Shown here: positions 8,750-15,354 of the stretch, piece after piece
Numbering within the stretch: position 1 is the stretch's first letter
Layout of the letters: each line of letters begins with the position of its first letter
Notes under the pieces: generated by a model
Database searches by the model: none
Seen by the model: only the letters and a program-made list of their open reading frames with translations
Told to the model about the DNA's origin: nothing
Program-made: the position numbers and the translations under genes
Assembly (NCBI GenBank): GCA_900318265.1
Contig: ONKA01000002.1
Coordinates: 78,818-142,817 of the forward strand
Reading direction: 5' to 3'
From: an uncultured Bacteroidales bacterium
Lineage (GTDB): Bacteria > Bacteroidota > Bacteroidia > Bacteroidales > F082
Length of the DNA stretch: 64,000 nucleotides

Positions 8750-9673
8750 TTGGTCAATTCCTTCGGCAAATCGGCCTTGAAGGTCCTTTTGGGCCTCGTG
8801 TTCATCGTCTCCGCCGTCCTGAAGGTCTTCGACATGGACCGCTTCGAGATTTACGTCTACAGCTATCATTTCTTTAGCCTGAATTTTTCATTCATTGTTG
8901 CACGCCTTGCCATCATCCTTGAGTTGGTCTTGGGGATAGGCTTGATTTCGCATTGTCTTCACAAACTGATGTGGTGGGGGAGCATGGCCATGCTGGTCGG
9001 CTACTCCTTATTATTAATATATGCGCTGAGGCTCGGTCGCACCGACAGTTGCCACTGTTTCGGTGATTTTCTGCAGCTCGATCCCAAGCAGAGCCTCATC
9101 AAAAACGGAGTGCTTATGGCACTTTTCTTTCCAATCTTTCGGATGGAAAGCTGGAAGACGCCCTTCCGTTGGCTGATATTCATCCTAGCTGTCATGGCTT
9201 CGACCATCGGCGTTTTTGTGGCCTCTCCGCCCGACAACTATACCTCGAACTACGATCCCGACCACAATCTGCAAGCGGAACTCTTCGACACGATGCTTGA
9301 CGACGCACCTTTAGACAGCCTAAACCTTCGCGAAGGCAAGCAGGTGGTCTGTTTCTTCTCGACAAGTTGCGAATACTGCCAGACGGCGGCGCGCAAACTC
9401 TCGTTGATGCAGCAGTTTCATGGCTTCCCGCCAGAACGGATCACTTATCTTTTTATGGGAAATGAAGAAGGTGTTGCTGGGTTTTATGAGCAGTCAGAGT
9501 CGGCACGGTACCGCGATTTGCTCTATCCCGATGTGTCGCGCCTTGTGAAAGTGGTTAATGGCAACTTCCCCGTTGTCGTTCTCATGGAAGATGGAATTGT
9601 TATTCGTGAGTACGGCTTCCGCAATATGAAAGAGGAGGAAATCAAGTCGTTTTTTGCTCAGGCCTTCGATTGA
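8750..9673 (+). CDS. MauE/DoxX-type membrane protein fused to a TlpA-like thioredoxin-fold domain
   Basis: TTG start 3 nt after the preceding stop. The N-terminal half has 4-5 hydrophobic helices (..LKVLLGLVFIVSAVLKVF..). The C-terminal half carries a CxxC motif in a redoxin context (VVCFFSTSCEYCQTAARKL). Confidence 0.75.
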   Translation: MVNSFGKSALKVLLGLVFIVSAVLKVFDMDRFEIYVYSYHFFSLNFSFIVARLAIILELVLGIGLISHCLHKLMWWGSMAMLVGYSLLLIYALRLGRTDSCHCFGDFLQLDPKQSLIKNGVLMALFFPIFRMESWKTPFRWLIFILAVMASTIGVFVASPPDNYTSNYDPDHNLQAELFDTMLDDAPLDSLNLREGKQVVCFFSTSCEYCQTAARKLSLMQQFHGFPPERITYLFMGNEEGVAGFYEQSESARYRDLLYPDVSRLVKVVNGNFPVVVLMEDGIVIREYGFRNMKEEEIKSFFAQAFD

Positions 9674-9799
9674 GGGATTTCCCAAATAAAGTTTGGATAA
9701 AAAATGTTCTTGTTTTATCTTTGCCGCATCAATCAAATAATCATGGAATAACACTCTGGAAATCAAAAGATATTGAAGTATAATCCAAAACAGATAATT

Positions 9800-10540
9800 A
9801 TGAAAAAACTATTCATTCTACTTATTGTTGCTTTTGCATTGTATTCGTGCGGAAACGGTAACTACAAAAACAATGGGGAATCGGCCCCACAACAAATCGA
9901 ACAAGCTGCTGCTATTCCAGTGGAAAACTTGAGTGATGCGATACTGTTCAAGCATGAAGGCACCGCAAAAGATGTGTTTCCTAAGGATTGTGACACGATT
10001 TGCTATCTACAGGGTTACCTCAACGACGACGATTTTCTGGATCTGGTACTTGTGGCAACGCCCCGCAACCCAGAGAATATGATGACTCGTTCCGACGGCT
10101 ATGAATACAACTTCAACGAGCCTGTTTTGGCCATTTATTTCGGCAAAGACGACGAGACGTATACACTTTTCAAGGAATACCCAAACACCATACCTGGAGC
10201 AGAGGATGAGTTTACCTTTGTTACGGTGGATTCATATATCACAGAGGAAGGTGTTTTGAGGTTCGGTGTTGAGTTTTTTAGTTCGGCGGGTGGCTCAGAA
10301 ACGGATCAAAACGATTATTTCTTTTATTTCCAAGATGACGATTTCTATCTAATTGGCACTGAAAAAGATGGTTTTTCACGTTACTCGGGCGAAGGGAAAA
10401 AAGTGAGCTGCAATTATCTCACCAAAAAACAACTGACCACGACTAGGAATGTCTTTGACGAAACGGTGAAACCCACTGAAACATGGACCGACCTGCCTGA
10501 TGAGCCGTTGGAAAGGCTTGGGGCAAGGCTGTTGGATTAA
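9800..10540 (+). CDS. hypothetical lipoprotein
   Basis: Internal ATG of track ORF 9773..10540 gives MKKLFILLIVAFALYSCGN, a lipobox. I recognise no family. A strong hairpin follows at 10557-10597. Confidence 0.7.
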   Translation: MKKLFILLIVAFALYSCGNGNYKNNGESAPQQIEQAAAIPVENLSDAILFKHEGTAKDVFPKDCDTICYLQGYLNDDDFLDLVLVATPRNPENMMTRSDGYEYNFNEPVLAIYFGKDDETYTLFKEYPNTIPGAEDEFTFVTVDSYITEEGVLRFGVEFFSSAGGSETDQNDYFFYFQDDDFYLIGTEKDGFSRYSGEGKKVSCNYLTKKQLTTTRNVFDETVKPTETWTDLPDEPLERLGARLLD

Positions 10541-10556
10541 TTCTTGATCGACTAAC

Positions 10557-10597
10557 ATGCTTGAAGGGCTGCCATGGTATGGCAGCCCTTCAAGCAT
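10557..10597. terminator. bidirectional terminator hairpin between convergent genes
   Basis: Perfect 18-bp stem ATGCTTGAAGGGCTGCCA-tggta-TGGCAGCCCTTCAAGCAT. Confidence 0.8.
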
Positions 10598-10609
10598 AGA
10601 TTCAAACAA

Positions 10610-12334
10610 TCATTCAGGTCTTCTGAAACGTTCTCCAGTCTGCTCAATCACAGCCTTTTTCCATGAATCTGGATATCCTGGTTGTTTTGGCTTGGCGGGA
10701 TAGCCATAGCCGTTGCGCTTGAATTGGCCGTTCTCTTCTTGCTTCACGTTGCTGTCCAGATACTTTACCAATAGGTAATTGTCCAATTCCTTCCATGTGG
10801 CCACGGTGTTGTGCCCCGCTTGATTGGAGAAGTCGGTGAGGTAGGCAATGGCTTGCTGTGGGTCATTTGCATAGAGGCTCAAAGCTTGGTTGTCGACATA
10901 GTTGACCTGCTCCTGATACCCGCTTTCCAGCTCGTTCTGCACGGCTTGGATGTCGCCGATGACGCGGTTATAGAACAGGTATTTGAAATGTGCAAGGCGG
11001 TTGAAGACCCAGAAAGCGGCATTGTCGCTGTAGGTCAGCATGTCGCCGTTGCCCACACGGTATTCGATTGGCACCTCGCTGATGGAGCAGTAGAAAGGCG
11101 TGTAGACCGTCGAGTTGGTGTCGTCGACGCCAAACCAGATGATGCCTCCGATGGGGTTGGGCAGCCAGGAACGGCTTTGGGCGATGAAAGAGAATCCTGT
11201 TTGAACGACTTCGATGCTGCGCTCGTTGAGGTAAGGCTTGTCGTCGTATTCCCAATACAAAGGGTTGAAGCGGAAGGGCGAGCCGAAAGGGCCTCCGCCC
11301 ACGTCTTGGGTCTTGTCCAGCTCAGTGCCTTGGAAGTGGTCGCGCTGGAAGGCCATCATGTCGGATAGGCTGATCTTGCGGTTGGGTTTGACATAAAGCG
11401 GCATACGATGCGTCAAGTCCTTTCCGGTGACATAGTCCCAATACTCGTCCATGCCGTCGCAGACCTTGTTGAACATGGTCCAAACGCGGAGGTCGCAAAC
11501 GCGAGCGGCGCTGAAATCGACGGGGGCGTATGCGGCTGAAAAGTCGAAGTCTTTGTCCTTACCGGTGAAGTAGCCCTTGCGACGGGCGAAGTCGATGATG
11601 TCGTGTTTATATATCACCTCAACATCCTTGTTGTAGAGTTTTTTCCAGTCCTTGTCGGTGATGGAGGTCTTGCCATTGCGCAAGGGGAAGGTGGTGATGC
11701 GCGCTGCGTTGGCGTGACCGCTCACGTAGCCGTCGGGGATGCGGATGGCCACCCACACGGCACCACGGTCGGCGTTGATGGTGTCGCCAGTCTTGGTCAC
11801 TTGAGGCGTGTAGCCCTTGGGCATGATTTCCATATACCATACCTCGTTGGCGTCGCTGATGCTGAACGACTCACCGTCGGAGCCGTAGCCGTATGCATCC
11901 ACCAAGTCTGCCATGACCTTGATGGCTTCGCGAGCCGAGGTGCTGCGTTCTAAGGCGATGAACATGAGGCTGCCGTAATCCACGATGCCAGTCGGGTCCA
12001 TGAGTTCCTCGCGGCCACCGAAAGTGGTCTCGCCGAGGGCCACTTGGTTCTCGTTGATGTAACCGACCACCTGGTAAGTGTGAGCGGGTTGAGGCACGCT
12101 GCCACGCGGCGCGTTGGTGCCACGGTCGTAGCACACGCGCATGCTGCCCGCTGGCCAATCGGCGGCAGGAGTGAAGTAGAGTTCACCATAACGAATATGC
12201 GAGTCAGCGCAGTAGCTGATGAAGTTGGAGCCGTCGACGCTGGCGCCTTTGGTGATCAAGAAGTTGGTGCAGGCTTCTGCCACGTTGAATGCGGCAAGGA
12301 GGATGATTAAGATGAAGTGTTTGATGGTTTTCAT
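10610..12334 (-). CDS. C69-family dipeptidase (secreted)
   Basis: 574 aa. The signal peptide ends ..NVAEA and is followed by CTNFLITKGASVDGS, the N-terminal Cys nucleophile context typical of peptidase family C69. Confidence 0.85.
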   Translation of the reverse strand: MKTIKHFILIILLAAFNVAEACTNFLITKGASVDGSNFISYCADSHIRYGELYFTPAADWPAGSMRVCYDRGTNAPRGSVPQPAHTYQVVGYINENQVALGETTFGGREELMDPTGIVDYGSLMFIALERSTSAREAIKVMADLVDAYGYGSDGESFSISDANEVWYMEIMPKGYTPQVTKTGDTINADRGAVWVAIRIPDGYVSGHANAARITTFPLRNGKTSITDKDWKKLYNKDVEVIYKHDIIDFARRKGYFTGKDKDFDFSAAYAPVDFSAARVCDLRVWTMFNKVCDGMDEYWDYVTGKDLTHRMPLYVKPNRKISLSDMMAFQRDHFQGTELDKTQDVGGGPFGSPFRFNPLYWEYDDKPYLNERSIEVVQTGFSFIAQSRSWLPNPIGGIIWFGVDDTNSTVYTPFYCSISEVPIEYRVGNGDMLTYSDNAAFWVFNRLAHFKYLFYNRVIGDIQAVQNELESGYQEQVNYVDNQALSLYANDPQQAIAYLTDFSNQAGHNTVATWKELDNYLLVKYLDSNVKQEENGQFKRNGYGYPAKPKQPGYPDSWKKAVIEQTGERFRRPE

Positions 12335-12353
12335 AATGAATGTAACATTTGTG

Positions 12354-12361
12354 CAAAAGTA
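12354..12361 (-). promoter_or_regulatory. -7 box TACTTTTG (C69 dipeptidase)
   Basis: Plus strand reads CAAAAGTA, ~20 nt upstream of ATG 12334. Confidence 0.55.
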
Positions 12362-12373
12362 AGAAAAAAATGC

Positions 12374-12391
12374 TATTTTTGCGCAAAAATA
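12374..12391. promoter_or_regulatory. perfect 18-nt palindrome TATTTTTGCGCAAAAATA: back-to-back -7 boxes (plus half serves rarA)
   Basis: Read directly from the sequence. It gives TAnnTTTG on both strands. The rarA ATG follows at 12392. Confidence 0.55.
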
Positions 12392-13681
12392 ATGTCAATG
12401 CAATCCACCATCCCATTAGCGGAACGCCTTCGGCCCACGACACTTGATGACTATATCGGGCAGAAGCATATCATCGGAGAGAACGCCGTGTTACGCCGTG
12501 CTATCGAAAGCGGGCGTGTGCCGTCCATGATTTTCTGGGGACCGCCTGGCGTGGGCAAGACCACTTTGGCCTATATCATCTCCAAGCAGGTCAAGCGGCA
12601 GTTCTTTCAGTTGAGCGCTGTCAGCAGCGGTGTGAAGGAAGTGCGCGAGGTCATCGACCGCGCGCGCATGGCCCCTGAGGCACCTATATTATTTATAGAT
12701 GAAATCCATCGTTTCAGTAAGTCGCAACAGGACTCGCTGCTTGGTGCCGTGGAGCGCGGTTTGGTCACCTTGATTGGCGCCACGACAGAGAATCCCTCGT
12801 TTGAGGTCATCTCGCCCTTGCTGTCACGTTGTCAGGTGTATGTGCTCAAGTCGTTGGAGAAAGAGGATTTGGAGATCCTTTTGGCGAAGGCCGTGAAGGC
12901 GTTGGAGTACGATTTCGGCAAGAAAATAACTGTCAAGGAACCAGAGGCGCTGATGAAAATCAGTGGTGGCGACGGCCGCAAGCTGTTGAATGCCATTGAG
13001 TTGGTTATCACTTCACTGAATGATTTGGACATGACAGCCGAAGAGTTGGTCATCACCAACGACTTCACGACCGATTGCATCCAGAGCAACCTTGTGAAAT
13101 ACGACAAACAAGGCGAGATGCATTACGACATTATTTCGGCTTTCATCAAGTCGATGCGCGGCAGCGACCCTAACGCGGCCTTGTATTATCTCGCCCGCAT
13201 GATTGAGGCAGGGGAGGACCCACTTTTTATCGCCCGAAGGATGCTCATTCTCGCTTCGGAGGACATCGGCAACGCCAACCCCAATGCCTTGTTGCTGGCA
13301 AACGCTTGCTTCGATGCCGTCAACAAGATCGGTTGGCCCGAAAGCCGCATCATTCTTTCGCAGACGGTTACCTACCTGGCCTCATCGCCCAAGAGCAACG
13401 CCGCCGTGGCCGCCATCGACGCGGCACAGGCCTTGGTGCGCGAGACGGGTGACTTGCCCGTGCCTTTGCACCTGCGCAACGCCCCGACGAAATTGATGAA
13501 AGACCTTGGCTATCATGACGGTTACAAGTATGCCCATGCATACGAAGGTAACTTTGTTGAGCAAGAATTTTTGCCAAATGAAATTTCTGGCACGGTTTTG
13601 TATGTACCTCAAGATAACCCTCGTGAGCGCGAATTGCGCAAGAACCTGAGAGAGAAGTGGAAGGAGAAATATGGGTATTAG
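12392..13681 (+). CDS. rarA: replication-associated recombination protein A (AAA+ ATPase)
   Basis: MSMQSTIPLAERLRPTTLDDYIGQKH.., Walker A GPPGVGKTT, ..FIDEIHRF.., and a MgsA-type C-terminal domain (..HYDIISAFIKSMRGSDPNAALYYLARM..). The start is the ATG just after the -7 box at 12374-12381. Confidence 0.95.
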   Translation: MSMQSTIPLAERLRPTTLDDYIGQKHIIGENAVLRRAIESGRVPSMIFWGPPGVGKTTLAYIISKQVKRQFFQLSAVSSGVKEVREVIDRARMAPEAPILFIDEIHRFSKSQQDSLLGAVERGLVTLIGATTENPSFEVISPLLSRCQVYVLKSLEKEDLEILLAKAVKALEYDFGKKITVKEPEALMKISGGDGRKLLNAIELVITSLNDLDMTAEELVITNDFTTDCIQSNLVKYDKQGEMHYDIISAFIKSMRGSDPNAALYYLARMIEAGEDPLFIARRMLILASEDIGNANPNALLLANACFDAVNKIGWPESRIILSQTVTYLASSPKSNAAVAAIDAAQALVRETGDLPVPLHLRNAPTKLMKDLGYHDGYKYAHAYEGNFVEQEFLPNEISGTVLYVPQDNPRERELRKNLREKWKEKYGY

Positions 13682-13715
13682 TTTAGAGTTTAGTGTTTAG
13701 AGATTAGAGTTGTAG
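13681..13715 (+). repeat. heptamer array (GTTTAGA)n starting at the rarA stop codon
   Basis: GTTTAGA GTTTAGT GTTTAGA GATTAGA GTTGTAG. TAG recurs every 7 nt, so it appears in all three frames. Confidence 0.85.
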
Positions 13716-13760
13716 GGCTGTCACACTGTGGCAGCCGCAAACCGTAAAAAACAAAAAACA

Positions 13761-14510
13761 ATGAGTGAAACAACCAACGAAAACAACACCCGCCTAACCC
13801 TGTGGAACAGGGTGCTGGCCACCAGCGTGAAGATGCCTTTTGTGAAGGTTGACCGTGACGAGTTCCTCAACAAGGAACTGTCGAAATTCTGCACTCCTTT
13901 GGAGGTGATGACCGCCATCAACGAGAGTCCGCTGAATGTCTTGACCAAAAAAGAGATCGACAAGCTAGCCAACCAATGCATCAGCTATCACCTGACCATG
14001 GTGAGTGGCACTTCCGCGCTGATGGGCATCCCTGGCGGCTGGTGGATGGCAGGCACTATCCCCACCGACTTGGCGCAGTTCTACGGCCATATCCTTTCGA
14101 TGATGCAGAAGCTCCTCTATCTCTATGGCTGGCCGGCGTTGACCGATGCCAAGAACCAGTTGGACGACGAGTCGCTCAACATCTTGACCCTGTTTGTGGG
14201 CGTGGCGATGGGCAACAAGTTGGCTGTGGAGGCCATAGGCAAGGTCGTGGCGCAGGTCTCTAAGACGGCGAGTCTCAAGATATCGGAGACCGTCATGGCA
14301 AAATATGCCATCAAGATTGCCCAATGGATTGGCATCAACATGACGAAGGAGGGATTTGCCAAGGGTGTGGGCAAGGTGATACCTCTGGTGGGCGCGCCTA
14401 TATCGGCCACCATCACCTACTACACTTTCCGCCCCATGGCGCGCAGGCTCAAGAAGCATCTTGACGAGTTGTACGAAATGCGCCATTTCCCAATCAAGCG
14501 TATCGAATAG
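13761..14510 (+). CDS. EcsC-family protein
   Basis: MSETTNENN.. The central pattern ..SALMGIPGGWWMAGTIPTDLAQFYGHILSMMQKLLYLYGW.. resembles the EcsC family (recalled, not searched). Confidence 0.7.
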   Translation: MSETTNENNTRLTLWNRVLATSVKMPFVKVDRDEFLNKELSKFCTPLEVMTAINESPLNVLTKKEIDKLANQCISYHLTMVSGTSALMGIPGGWWMAGTIPTDLAQFYGHILSMMQKLLYLYGWPALTDAKNQLDDESLNILTLFVGVAMGNKLAVEAIGKVVAQVSKTASLKISETVMAKYAIKIAQWIGINMTKEGFAKGVGKVIPLVGAPISATITYYTFRPMARRLKKHLDELYEMRHFPIKRIE

Positions 14511-14523
14511 AGACTGCTATAAA

Positions 14524-14563
14524 CAAAAAACACGTCCATGTCATTCATGGACGTGTTTTTTTT
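14524..14563. terminator. bidirectional intrinsic terminator
   Basis: AAAAAA-CACGTCCATG-tcatt-CATGGACGTG-TTTTTTTT, between convergent genes. Confidence 0.85.
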
Positions 14564-14575
14564 GGTCGTAAAAAA

Positions 14576-14815
14576 TCAATGCTTGAACTCAAAGAGGTAC
14601 ATGTCGTGTACCTGATGGTCGGGCGTTTGTAGGATAGCCTTGTAGTTCAGCTTCTTTTCGGTCATAAGCCACTCAATGTATTCATCCACGAAATCCTTGA
14701 CTTCGGATTGCCCCATCTTGATATAGATCAGGTTGAGCTTGGCTTTGGCTTCGGTTTCGGAGAGACCGTCGTTCTTGATGATGGCCTCGGTAAGTTTGTC
14801 CATGAATTTTTCCAT
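14576..14815 (-). CDS. hypothetical 79-aa protein
   Basis: Compact ORF with its own TATTTTTG box (14844-14851, minus strand) and a strong bidirectional terminator just downstream (14524-14563). Confidence 0.7.
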   Translation of the reverse strand: MEKFMDKLTEAIIKNDGLSETEAKAKLNLIYIKMGQSEVKDFVDEYIEWLMTEKKLNYKAILQTPDHQVHDMYLFEFKH

Positions 14816-14843
14816 AGTATGCGTTTTTTTGAGTTTTAGGATG

Positions 14844-14851
14844 CAAAAATA
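14844..14851 (-). promoter_or_regulatory. -7 box TATTTTTG (79-aa gene)
   Basis: Plus strand reads CAAAAATA, ~29 nt upstream of ATG 14815. Confidence 0.6.
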
Positions 14852-15019
14852 AGAAGAGAATACCGTTTTGTCAAGGGGAAAAGGAATAAAAAGTTCAGAT
14901 TATTTGAAAAACGGTTGTTTTATAGCCCCGAAACACTATCAAAAAGACAAAGGGAGTGGAAAGTTTTTCCAAAATGGACGTTTTTTCAATAACAGTACTT
15001 GCAAAAAATCAAAAAGTAG

Positions 15020-15027
15020 TATTTTTG
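15020..15027 (+). promoter_or_regulatory. -7 box TATTTTTG with no downstream ORF (small-RNA candidate)
   Basis: Matches TAnnTTTG. A CTTG lies ~20 nt upstream as a weak -33 element. Confidence 0.4.
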
Positions 15028-15032
15028 CAGCG

Positions 15033-15141
15033 GTTCTTATCATTAAGACCTGTGGCCATGCAAATGGCTGCAAGTAAAAGGTTTCATAAATTTTGGTTTT
15101 TGGTTCTTGAAAATCCTGGCTTCGGCTGGGATTTTCTTGTT
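15033..15141 (+). ncRNA. candidate ~110-nt small RNA, unnamed
   Basis: TATTTTTG -7 box at 15020-15027 with no plausible ORF downstream. Three hairpins follow. The first is 15032-15050. The second is 15051-15072 with a GCAA (GNRA) loop. The third is 15110-15135 with a UUCG loop, followed by TTTTCTTGTTT. It lies between two minus-strand genes and is convergent with the feo operon. Confidence 0.4.
15110..15141. terminator. bidirectional terminator (feo operon and the small-RNA candidate)
   Basis: AAAATCCTGGC-ttcg-GCTGGGATTTT, with T-rich sequence on both strands. Confidence 0.7.
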
Positions 15142-15183
15142 TATGGGAACCAAGTTTTGTGTTGAGAAAACCAAGGATGTCCA

Positions 15184-15354
15184 TTATCGTTTAAACGGAC
15201 AATCCACCGAGCAAGAGGCGCATTTCCCTCCGTTTTCTGCCTTTTTGCCGTTTTCGCCGCATGAGCATTGGCTCTTGCCCATCCGCATGGCGCGGATGGC
15301 AAGGACGACCATCGCAAGGACGACCAACAGCACTATGACGGAAGCGAGGTTCAT
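15184..15354 (-). CDS. FeoB-associated Cys-rich membrane protein
   Basis: MNLASVIVLLVVLAMVVLAIRAMRMGKSQCSCGENGKKAENGGKCASCSVDCPFKR is one TM helix plus a Cys-rich tail. Its start overlaps the feoB stop (ATGA at 15351-15354). Confidence 0.8.
   Translation of the reverse strand: MNLASVIVLLVVLAMVVLAIRAMRMGKSQCSCGENGKKAENGGKCASCSVDCPFKR

Noticed and set aside
13681-13715. GTTTAGAG.. resembles the start of type II CRISPR repeats. I considered a degenerate CRISPR array.
   Set aside because: The period is 7 nt with no spacers. There are no cas genes in the window, and the units are far shorter than CRISPR repeats.
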